A stretch of DNA of 63,804 nt, counting the filler, from a bacterium (lineage in GTDB: Bacteria > JBBIVP01): the NCBI GenBank assembly GCA_037439705.1. It is 4 parts of 4 records of this genome, joined end to end, with 100 filler letters (N's around TTAATTAATTAA, not from the genome) between each part and the next. Parts side by side here need not be neighbours in the genome. Positions count along the whole stretch, not along the records: positions 35,074 to 52,418 come from JBBIVP010000022.1; 3 more parts are not named here. One strand, given 5' to 3'. The notes below the pieces were generated by a model, which worked only from the letters and a program-made list of their open reading frames with translations, had not been told where the DNA came from and did not search any database. A program made the position numbers and the translations under genes. Shown one piece after another: positions 40,406 to 49,105 of this stretch. Position 1 is the stretch's first letter, and every line of letters starts with the position of its first letter.

Positions 40406-41628
40406 TTTACAGACCTTATTAACAGTTCTGTAACATCCCTTATCTTCAAATAAGAGTTCTTCCTCTGGATTGAAAGCATTAAACTCTGATAACAGAAGGG
40501 ACAGGCTGTAACGAGTTCATCGGCACCTGTGCTTTCCGCATCATCTATCCTCATATCGCTCATAGCGTTATTTATTGAAGGAAATCCCGCCTTCACTCCT
40601 CCACCTGCTCCACAACATCTTGAAAACTCCCTTGACCTCTTCATCTCAATAAGTTCAATTCCAGGAATCCTTTTCAATATCTCCCTTGGTTCATCGTAAA
40701 GCCTGTTGTGCCTTCCTAAATGGCACGGGTCATGGTATGTAATTTTTAATGGAACTTCTTTAACCGGAATGAGTTTTTTTTCCTCTATAAGCTCGAGCAG
40801 AAACTGAACGAGATGAACTGTTCTGAAAGGAAGTTTCTGGAGTTCCCTGTAATCCTGATTCATCGTCTTGAAACAGCCTGAACACGAAAAAACCACTGTG
40901 TGAACCTGAAGTTCGGTAAAAAGCTTTATGTTTGCGAGCGCCTGTTCTTCAAATGTTTTATAATCTCCTATTCTTAAAGGGGTGCTTCCGCAGCATTTTT
41001 CTCTGGGGCCAAGGATTCCAAACTCAATCCCGGCTATGTTCATAAGTTCAACGAAATTTATTGCAACCTCTGTAATGTTCTGGTCGTATGAGGCTGTGCA
41101 TCCAACATAATAAAGAACCTTTGCCCTGTTTTTTGTAATATCCTGAACCTGTTTTGAAATTCTTCCCTCTTTAAAAGCCCTATCAGCCCACTTTCCTCTC
41201 ATTGCCCTCGGCTGCATCCACGGGTTGTCATAATTTTTTATGCTCTGAGAAATGGTTTTCTGCTGGGGAAGTGGTCCATATCCAGAAGAAACCATACCTG
41301 CTCTTATCCTCTCCCATAATTTCGGTGTATCAATCCCTGCAGGACACACCTCCCTGCACTGAGCACAGACTGAACACTCATAAAGGGCGGAGAGAAAATC
41401 CATTATTTCTTTCTCCCTCACCCTCGGTCCGAAAAGTAAAGCCAATAAACCCCTTTCTTTTTTCAGAATTGAATTCAAGGTTTTCAGTTTTTCCCTCGGC
41501 GTGAGAACCTTTCTTCTGTCAACATCGTAAACAGGACAGTAAAGATAGCATTCCCTGCAACTTGCACAGGCAGAAATATCCAGAAGGTCAAAAATAGAAA
41601 GGTTCTCTGAAAGATTAATTTCCGGCAT
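40402..41628 (-). CDS. HdrD/GlpC-like Fe-S protein (2x4Fe-4S plus two CCG domains)
   Basis: CASCRECYLYCP, CSVCAQCREVCP, EKCCG, YHDPCHLGR, CCGAGGG, TACPFC. Confidence 0.9.
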   Translation of the reverse strand: MPEINLSENLSIFDLLDISACASCRECYLYCPVYDVDRRKVLTPREKLKTLNSILKKERGLLALLFGPRVREKEIMDFLSALYECSVCAQCREVCPAGIDTPKLWERIRAGMVSSGYGPLPQQKTISQSIKNYDNPWMQPRAMRGKWADRAFKEGRISKQVQDITKNRAKVLYYVGCTASYDQNITEVAINFVELMNIAGIEFGILGPREKCCGSTPLRIGDYKTFEEQALANIKLFTELQVHTVVFSCSGCFKTMNQDYRELQKLPFRTVHLVQFLLELIEEKKLIPVKEVPLKITYHDPCHLGRHNRLYDEPREILKRIPGIELIEMKRSREFSRCCGAGGGVKAGFPSINNAMSDMRIDDAESTGADELVTACPFCYQSLMLSIQRKNSYLKIRDVTELLIRSVK

Positions 41629-42310
41629 TCTCCCTTCCGAAAACCTCTTTAAGTGGAAGCATGAGAATGTGAATCATTTTTGTCCATGGTATTGAAGCAA
41701 CAAAAATGAGAACGAGCATCACATGGATGTATAGAAGGGGAACAAAAGAAAGATTAACCCCCATGTTATCAAAAAGCCAAGTTCCAAATTTTCCGAGAAA
41801 AAATTCTCCCTTCCTCGCTGTTTTTTCAATGCTCTGAATTTTGGAAATTTGAAGGAGAAATCCGCTGAGCCATATTCCAAAAAGCATTGAGAGGGAATAA
41901 AAATCCTCAAATTCTCCCCTTGTATCCTTCCTTGAAAAAAATCTCCTCAAAAAGGCAATTGAAATCCCTGAAAAAAGGGCTAACGAAAACAGATCGTGAA
42001 GGACAAAAACTGTCTTCTCATTTAGTCCCGAAGATTTTATAACCCAGGGAAACCAGTAGAAGAAAAGGAACCAGAGAAAAGAAAGGAAAATGAGAAAATG
42101 GGCTGTCCACCGCGAAAGTCCGAGTTTCATTATTCCTGTCTGGAATGGAACCCTGAAAAAAATCCCTCTTAAAAATTTTTTAATTCCTCCCTCTCTTTCC
42201 TCAACGAGCCCGTCCATCCATACCAGAATGTGGGAGGAGATGCCGACGAGAAGGATAAAATAGACTCCAAGTTTAAGATATTTTAGATAGCTTAAAAGCT
42301 CCATCTTCAC
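41615..42310 (-). CDS. NarI/HdrE-like membrane cytochrome b subunit
   Basis: About 5 TM; WTAH, LYIH, IPWTKMIH His pattern. Confidence 0.72.
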   Translation of the reverse strand: MKMELLSYLKYLKLGVYFILLVGISSHILVWMDGLVEEREGGIKKFLRGIFFRVPFQTGIMKLGLSRWTAHFLIFLSFLWFLFFYWFPWVIKSSGLNEKTVFVLHDLFSLALFSGISIAFLRRFFSRKDTRGEFEDFYSLSMLFGIWLSGFLLQISKIQSIEKTARKGEFFLGKFGTWLFDNMGVNLSFVPLLYIHVMLVLIFVASIPWTKMIHILMLPLKEVFGRENAGN

Positions 42311-43544
42311 CCTTTCTGAAATATGCCCTTAAAAAAATTTTTAAAGCAGTTTTCAAAGAAGAAATGAGAAGGTCCATCCTTTCCTCGGATGTGGACGGGG
42401 TGAGTTGAAAAAGAATTTCCTTTGAAATCCTGAGGCTCTCTTCAAGAATTTTTGTTTCCTCGTCCTCCACGAAAATCTTCTTTTTAAATATCCGCTTGTG
42501 AATTGCTCTGGCGAATACGAGGAGATGCTCGGGCATGTAATACTTTTCACCTATCTTCCAGAAAGCCTTCATATCACCTATGGAGAGTGCTTTCATGAAT
42601 ATATCCGAAACGAGCCTCCTTACGGAGTCCGAAAGTTTCACCGGGAAACCTCTGAAAAGTAGTTCTGGATTTGAATTCCTTTTTCTCATCTTTCCAGTAT
42701 TGTAGGCTATTATTTTGAGAAGAACGGAATTTGCCGATTTGAAGGAAGGATGTTCAAGGTGCGGACCGAAAAGATAGAATGCTCCTTCCCCGATTTTCCA
42801 CTCAACAATTGCCGGTTTTCCCGGAAGAATCCTTTCTGCTATATCCCTGTCAAAGAGAAAAATTGTCCTGTCAGTAAATGAGGAAAACCTTGCGAGAACC
42901 CTCCCCTTTTTTTCTGGCTCTTTAAAAACAGGACCTCCAAAAATTGGCGCTGAGATTTTTTCTTTTAAAAAGATGGGCGGAAAGGGCGATGTCTCTATTA
43001 TCACCTCATCTCGAACCGGATGAATGATAAAACAACAGGCATATCTGTTGAAGGCTTTCTCCTGCATGGCTCTTACAGGTGGAAGTTCGCTTTCAAAATT
43101 TGCAATCTCAACAGGAACAAAGTTAAAAAAATTTAAAGGAGGTTTTGATGTATATAATACAAGATAGGCTCCTGCACAGGAACCTATGTATATTCCCCCT
43201 TCCATCACAAATTTTTTTATTGCGGATGCACCATCGCTCCCAAGACCTTCGGCAAGGGCAAATGTGTCTCCACCCGCCACGAACAGAAAATCAAAATCCG
43301 AAATAAGATGGCTTTCATCTTCACTGAATGGAACAATGAACTCAAAACCGTATCTCTCAAATGTATCCACTGCCCAGAGCCAGGAATGAGAAGCCCCCTT
43401 TCCTGTATAAATGCCTATAAGAGGAATTCTTAATTCAAGTGGAGATTGAAGGGTGTCCGGGGATTCAGAAAAAGTTCCTGATATTTCATCCATAAATGCG
43501 ACTCCTCCCTCCTTTATTCTCATCATAGCAGAAAAAACATCCAT
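42273..43544 (-). CDS. BPL-N / class I glutamine amidotransferase-like protein
   Basis: AGGDTF, GGIYIGSCAGAY, FGGP, GPHLE; alternative RBS-led start at 43493. Confidence 0.75.
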   Translation of the reverse strand: MDVFSAMMRIKEGGVAFMDEISGTFSESPDTLQSPLELRIPLIGIYTGKGASHSWLWAVDTFERYGFEFIVPFSEDESHLISDFDFLFVAGGDTFALAEGLGSDGASAIKKFVMEGGIYIGSCAGAYLVLYTSKPPLNFFNFVPVEIANFESELPPVRAMQEKAFNRYACCFIIHPVRDEVIIETSPFPPIFLKEKISAPIFGGPVFKEPEKKGRVLARFSSFTDRTIFLFDRDIAERILPGKPAIVEWKIGEGAFYLFGPHLEHPSFKSANSVLLKIIAYNTGKMRKRNSNPELLFRGFPVKLSDSVRRLVSDIFMKALSIGDMKAFWKIGEKYYMPEHLLVFARAIHKRIFKKKIFVEDEETKILEESLRISKEILFQLTPSTSEERMDLLISSLKTALKIFLRAYFRKGEDGAFKLSKIS

Positions 43545-43567
43545 AATTTTAATTATATCAATACCTT

Positions 43568-44575
43568 TCAGAAGTTTAAATAAGACTTATCGGTTTGCAG
43601 GGCAACTCTGAAGAAAAGAGGGCATATTCCATAGTTCAAAAGTTCCTTAACTACTGCTCCATCCACTCCTGCAAACTCCATAAACGATGATGGAATCTCC
43701 TCCTCTTTCAAACCAGATGGATGTACACCCTTTCTCAACATGTCCATTGTTGATTTCGGATTGCCTTCCTTCAAATAATTCGGGTCAAGGGCTATAAATC
43801 CCGGCTCTTTCTTTTCAGATTCCTTTAAAATTTTTGGGTCATCCTCAATCATAAAAAATGGATAACAGTTCAAACCACAATTAAAACACGCACTTCTCCT
43901 GTGAACAAATTTTTTCAATTCCTCACCGATACTCAACCCAATCTCCTTTCCCCTTGGAAGTTTCAACATCTTCTTGAATGACTCTTCAGATATGGAAATG
44001 GAACCCATTCCCCTCACGCACACTGCTTTCAGATTCTTTTTCCTGAATTCCTCACCCGCACCGATTGAATCAAATCCTCCCCAGTATCCCTGAGAAAGAG
44101 CGGATGGAGACCCGGTGCCTGTTACAAGAGCCTGGACCTTTTCATCTCCGTGGTCTTCCTTCAGAAAATCCAGTGTTTCCCATACATCTTTATTGCTCAA
44201 ATTTTCAGCAGAAAGGATATCGCATATCCCGTCCCTTATCCAGAGACGAACAGGAGAGGAAGAACTGTTTTTTATAACAAGAAAGTCAAATCCTGTGAGT
44301 TTGAATTCAACGGGGAAAAACCAGTTGAGAGGAAGGCAAAAACTTTTCCCGTTCCTTTTCCAGAGAACAAATCCCATACATCCTGAGGGGAAGAAACTCG
44401 CTGTCCAGGTTCCTGTTCCTATTACAATAGGCTCAGCATCAGCAAACCTCTTTAAAAGTTCAACCACGATTTCATAACCGCCTTTGAGAGAGGAAATAAG
44501 GTCTTCAATCTCAAAATCCTCCACCTCTCCTTTGCCGAGGTCAACCATTAAAGCTTTTCCATTCCAGAATTCCAT
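43568..44575 (-). CDS. Shortened aldehyde:ferredoxin oxidoreductase-like protein
   Basis: AOR N-domain (GKALMVDL, ELK-like FKLTGFD, KNLKAVCVRG), CFNCGLNC and GICP; only 335 aa. Confidence 0.72.
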   Translation of the reverse strand: MEFWNGKALMVDLGKGEVEDFEIEDLISSLKGGYEIVVELLKRFADAEPIVIGTGTWTASFFPSGCMGFVLWKRNGKSFCLPLNWFFPVEFKLTGFDFLVIKNSSSSPVRLWIRDGICDILSAENLSNKDVWETLDFLKEDHGDEKVQALVTGTGSPSALSQGYWGGFDSIGAGEEFRKKNLKAVCVRGMGSISISEESFKKMLKLPRGKEIGLSIGEELKKFVHRRSACFNCGLNCYPFFMIEDDPKILKESEKKEPGFIALDPNYLKEGNPKSTMDMLRKGVHPSGLKEEEIPSSFMEFAGVDGAVVKELLNYGICPLFFRVALQTDKSYLNF

Positions 44576-44576
44576 T

Positions 44577-44918
44577 TCATCCCTCCTCTACCTGAAGGCA
44601 TCCTGTAGGACATAAAACCACACAGAAACGGAACTCCTCATCCCTGCACAGATCACAGGGTTCCCTCATCACAATTGGCTTGCTTGATGCTCCACCACCT
44701 GCTGATTCGCCTGGCTTCAAAGTTTCAGGACCCTCGGGTCTTGCAAGATAAATGTCCTTTTCTCTTTTCAGAATCACCCCGAAATAATCCTTTTTTTCAA
44801 CCCTGTGAAGCATTATTGATGAACTCATTGCATTGAACTCCCTGTCCCTGTGATATCCACAGGCATACTCGCATATTCCGCAGGCATTACATTTGATTGT
44901 ATCTATCTTTATCTTCAT
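44577..44918 (-). CDS. Ferredoxin-like 4Fe-4S protein
   Basis: CNACGICEYAC and CDLC...CVVLCPTGC. Confidence 0.85.
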   Translation of the reverse strand: MKIKIDTIKCNACGICEYACGYHRDREFNAMSSSIMLHRVEKKDYFGVILKREKDIYLARPEGPETLKPGESAGGGASSKPIVMREPCDLCRDEEFRFCVVLCPTGCLQVEEG

Positions 44919-46142
44919 CTATACCTCCATTGACTCAATCAATAGCTCCTCCACATCCATAACCTTTATCCTTCCTCCCATAGAGTCTGCAGCAGGAGAA
45001 AGGTTCAGTTCACAGAAAGGACATACGCTTGCAAGAATCTCAGCACCTGTAGCCAGTGCTTCCTCTATCCTCTTTCTTGCAACCCATTGCGCATAATCCG
45101 GATATGCAGTCCTAACACCTCCACCTGCTCCACAACAGAACGACCACTCCCTGATCCTCTCCATTTCAACAAATTCAACTCCTGGAATTGCCTTCAGAAC
45201 CTCCCTTGGAGGGTCGTATATTCCTGCATATCTTCCAACATGACAGGGGTCATGATAGGTAACCTTTTTATTCAACTCCTTTTTAAATGGAAACCCCTTA
45301 TCTTTAAGCCTTTCGTAAATAAACTCAATGATGTGAACTACCCTCGGTTTCAAATCACCTTCGTATGAATGAAGAAATGTGGAATAACATCCAGCACAGG
45401 CAGTAACAATCGTTTCAACCCCCAAGGAATTCAAAACCTCAAGCGTTTTTCTTTTCTGTTTTTCAAACGCTTTACTATCACCAATTCTTATTATTGTGGA
45501 GCCACAGCATGCCTCATTCTTTCCGAGTATTCCAAAATCAATTCCCATGATGGAAAGAAGTTTTATGGTAGCCTCAGAAACTCTCATATATGCAGGGTCA
45601 AAACTTCCAGTGCATCCCACAAAATAAAGGACCTGAGCCTTCTCCTTTGGAAGTTCCTTTACAGAAATTCCAAGCCTTCTTACCCATCTATCCCTTTCCG
45701 TTCTTGGCTTCATCCATGGATTATCATAATTTTCAATGCTTTTAATAAGGGGCTGGTGCTCTTTGGGAGGACCGTATCCATTTCTTACAAGAAATTCCCT
45801 GAGAGCCATAATAGCACTTACAGGTTCAAGCCCTTTTGTAGAGTTGCATATAGCGAAACAATTCCCGCAGAGGGTGCATGTAAAAGCAATATGAATCAAC
45901 TTCTCAGTAATCGGAATTTCAGGAGGATCCTGAAGCAAAGCCCTTATTATCTCATGCCTTCCTGATGCATAATACGCTTCAAATCCGAACCTTGTTCCCG
46001 ACGGACAGTTATCAGAAAAACGATGACTCTTCAATTTCTCGGGATTTGTCATTCCACACATCCTGCATCTGACACACTTCATTGCCATTGTTCTGAATGC
46101 GGAAAGTGGTTTTACCTCAACTATCTTTGCACCCTCAGCCAT
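44919..46142 (-). CDS. HdrD/GlpC-like Fe-S protein (CCG domains)
   Basis: CVRCRMC...CP, CTLCGNC..IC, EACCG, YHDPCHVGR, CCGAGGG, CPFC. Confidence 0.9.
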   Translation of the reverse strand: MAEGAKIVEVKPLSAFRTMAMKCVRCRMCGMTNPEKLKSHRFSDNCPSGTRFGFEAYYASGRHEIIRALLQDPPEIPITEKLIHIAFTCTLCGNCFAICNSTKGLEPVSAIMALREFLVRNGYGPPKEHQPLIKSIENYDNPWMKPRTERDRWVRRLGISVKELPKEKAQVLYFVGCTGSFDPAYMRVSEATIKLLSIMGIDFGILGKNEACCGSTIIRIGDSKAFEKQKRKTLEVLNSLGVETIVTACAGCYSTFLHSYEGDLKPRVVHIIEFIYERLKDKGFPFKKELNKKVTYHDPCHVGRYAGIYDPPREVLKAIPGVEFVEMERIREWSFCCGAGGGVRTAYPDYAQWVARKRIEEALATGAEILASVCPFCELNLSPAADSMGGRIKVMDVEELLIESMEV

Positions 46143-46164
46143 ATTGTATCTCCTTTTTGTAATA

Positions 46165-46203
46165 TACCTCTATTAGAGTATCTCTTTTAGAGGTAATTGT
46201 CAA
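46165..46203 (-). promoter_or_regulatory. Sigma70 promoter overlapped by a 31-bp imperfect palindrome
   Basis: Minus strand TTGACA-17-TACTCT; TACCTCTA...TAGAGGTA arms at 46165-46195. Confidence 0.6.
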
Positions 46204-46223
46204 GCGATTTTTTTATTGAACCT

Positions 46224-47816
46224 TTAAAGTCTTACCTGAACAACAGATATTATATTTGGCAATTTGCCGAGCTCCTCAAGAACATCTTTGGAAGCTGGAG
46301 TATCTATGTGGACAAGGGCTATCGCCTGTCCACCCGGAGCCATCCTTCCTATGTGCATGTGGGCAATGTTTATCCCGTTTTTTCCAAGGGTTGAGCCAAT
46401 ATTACCTATCACGCCCGGTCTATCCCAGTTTCTCAGAATTATTATTGTTCCTTCGGGAACCGCTTCAAGGTGAAAATCATCAATTCTCACTATTCTCGGG
46501 TGTCTCTTCCCAAAAACAGCACCCGCTACAGTTCCCTCTTTTGAATCAAGTTTAACCTTTATTGTGACCAAAGAGGCATAATCGCTGCAAACCTCAGTTT
46601 TTCTTTCAAAAATGTTTATACCCCTTTCTTTTGCTATGAATGTGGAGTTTATCAGATTCACATTCTCACCCACAAAACGAATAAGGAATCCCTTCAAAAA
46701 GGACTTTGTGAGGTAATCAGTAGAAAGCCTTGCCACTTCTCCCTCGTATGTTATCTCAATTGTATGAATTGGTCCAGGAAATATCTGGGAAACCAAAAGG
46801 CCAAGTTTTTCGGTAAGTTCCATATAAGGAGAAAGTATATAATAAACCTCTTCCGAAAGAGAAGGAAGGTTGAACGCATTTCGCACAATTCCCCTTACAA
46901 AATAATCCACTACCTGATTGGCTATATCTACAGAAACATTCCTCTGTGCCTCAACAGTTGAAGCGCCGAGGTGGGGGGTGGCAACAACATTTTCAAGTTT
47001 TGCAAGTTCCCACTTTACTGGTGGTTCTTATTCCCAGACATCAATTGCTGCACCCGCAATTCTTTTCTGAACCAGAGCCTCGTAAAGGTCATCCTCATTT
47101 ACAATTCCACCCCTTGCACAATGAAGGAGCATGGCAGATGGTTTCATTTTTTCAATGGCAGATTTATTTATTAGATTCCTCGTCTCCTCATTAAGTGGAA
47201 CATGGATTGAAATGAAATCCGAAGTCCTCAAAAGTTCATCAAGGGAAACCATCTTCACCCCCATCTTCTTCGCCCTTTCCTCAGGAATGTATGGGTCGTA
47301 GGCTATTAGGTTCATTTTCAGCCCAATAGCCCTCTCAGCAACAACTGAACCTATGTTACCGAGCCCGATTATTCCAAGGGTTTTGTTAAAGAGTTCAACC
47401 CCCTCCAACTTTTTCTTCTCCCATTTCTCCTCCTTCATCAACCTGTCAGCTAAAGGGATTTTTCTTGCAAGAGCAAAAAGCATTGCTAGGGTATGTTCAG
47501 CAGTGGTTATTGTATTTCCAAGTGGAGTGTTCATAACGATAATTCCCTTTTTGGTAGCATATTCAACATCCACATTGTCAAGCCCTATCCCTGCCCTTCC
47601 TATGAGCTTTAACCTCTTTCCCCTATCAATTACATCCTTTGTGACCTTTGTTGCGCTTCTCACAATTATCGCATCGTATTCTCCTATGAGCTCAAGAAGT
47701 TCCTCTTTTGTAGTTCCTTTTCTCACATCAATTGAGATAAAATCCTTATAGTTCTCAAATATCTTTACTCCCTCGGGGGCGAGACCATCTGTTGCTATAA
47801 CTCTAACCTTTTCCAT
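46224..47816 (-). CDS. serA: D-3-phosphoglycerate dehydrogenase interrupted by in-frame TAA at 47028-47030
   Basis: VRSATK, RAGIGLDN, GLGNIG, ARGG, DVWE*EPP...TPHLGAST.EAQ, then ASB and ACT domains (DRPGVIG, INIA); 531 codons in one frame. Confidence 0.92.
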
Positions 47817-48966
47817 CTCTCATTGCCTCCCAGTATATCTCCATCGCCCTCTTCACACCATTGCCAAAAGAAAACTCATATCCCATATCCTTTAAAGCCA
47901 TCTCAACTGCTGAAAGGGTAAGTATCATATCAAATGGGTCGTAATAGCCTATGTGTGCAATCCTGAATATCTTTCCCTTTAATCTGTCCTGTCCACCAGC
48001 AATTATTATCTTAAACTTCTCCCTCAAATACTTCACCACCTTCTGTCCGTCAATTCCTTCAGGACAAATAGCCGCTGTGACCGCTTCTGATGGAGAATCC
48101 TCAGCAAGGAGTTTCAAACCTATTGCCTTCAATCCCTCCCTTACCCCCCTTGAAAGGATTCTGTGCCTTTCAAAAATTTTCCCAAGCCCTTCCTCCTTAA
48201 GCATATCAAGGGACTTTGAAAGACCGACTATGAGGGAAACTGCAGGTGTATAGGCTGTCTGTGCCTTCAACTGATTCTTTTTTTCTTTTTTTAAGTCAAG
48301 GTAATATCTTGGAAGATTGGATATTTCGGAAAGCTTCCAGGCTTTTTCACTAACTGAAATAAAGGCGAGCCCTGGTGGAAGCATCAATGCCTTCTGTGAA
48401 CCCCCTACAACTATATCAAGACCCCAATCATCTGTTTTCACATCAAAAACTCCAAGTGCAGTTATAGCATCAACTACGATTATTGTTCCATCCCTTCCTT
48501 TAAGGAGTTCTGCAATTTCTTTTACAGGATGTTTAACGCCTGTTGATGTTTCAGATGCCTGAATGTAAACAGCCCTTGCCTCCGGATTCTCCTTCAAAGC
48601 CTTCTCCACAAGAGATGGGGCAACTGCTTTTCCCCATTCCACATCTATGTTGATCGGAACGCAACCGTAAGCGGTGAGAATTTCAGACCATCTTTCTCCG
48701 AACTTTCCACCCCGAACAACAATTGCCTTATCACCCCTCTTCAAGAAGTTTGAAACTGCACTCTCCATCGCAGCAGTTCCTGATGAAGCAAGAATGAGAA
48801 CATCATTCCTTGTCTGAAAGAGCCATTTCAGGTCTTCCCGGACCTTCTCAAAAAGTGGGATGAAATCATCTGAACGGTGATGTGGAACAGTTTTTGCCAT
48901 TGAAAGCAAAACCTCAGGAGGAACCTCGGTTGGTCCCGGAGCAACAAGATGCCCTTTAAATCTCAT
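47803..48966 (-). CDS. Class V aminotransferase (serine-pyruvate/alanine-glyoxylate type; likely phosphoserine aminotransferase role)
   Basis: PGPT, SSGTAAME, ETSTG, VDA, GSQKALMLPPG; coupled to serA. Confidence 0.9.
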   Translation of the reverse strand: MRFKGHLVAPGPTEVPPEVLLSMAKTVPHHRSDDFIPLFEKVREDLKWLFQTRNDVLILASSGTAAMESAVSNFLKRGDKAIVVRGGKFGERWSEILTAYGCVPINIDVEWGKAVAPSLVEKALKENPEARAVYIQASETSTGVKHPVKEIAELLKGRDGTIIVVDAITALGVFDVKTDDWGLDIVVGGSQKALMLPPGLAFISVSEKAWKLSEISNLPRYYLDLKKEKKNQLKAQTAYTPAVSLIVGLSKSLDMLKEEGLGKIFERHRILSRGVREGLKAIGLKLLAEDSPSEAVTAAICPEGIDGQKVVKYLREKFKIIIAGGQDRLKGKIFRIAHIGYYDPFDMILTLSAVEMALKDMGYEFSFGNGVKRAMEIYWEAMRDGKG

Positions 48967-49054
48967 CTTTAGCCTCCTTAATTGATGAAATAAAATATAG
49001 CAAAAGAATTTATTATTTCAATAATATTCACCATTTTTTCTTTCTGGAAAAAAT

Positions 49055-49080
49055 AAAAAAGGGGGCGAAAAGCCCCCTTT
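49055..49080 (-). terminator. Rho-independent terminator (possibly bidirectional)
   Basis: AAAGGGGGC-GAAAA-GCCCCCTTT with flanking A/T runs, downstream of the large surface protein. Confidence 0.8.
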
Positions 49081-49105
49081 CTCTTCTCAAGAAAAAAGAA
49101 CTAAA

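Noticed and set aside
39311-46142. Selenocysteine recoding in the CCG/Fe-S proteins
   Set aside because: All ORFs are complete with Cys codons; no in-frame TGA found
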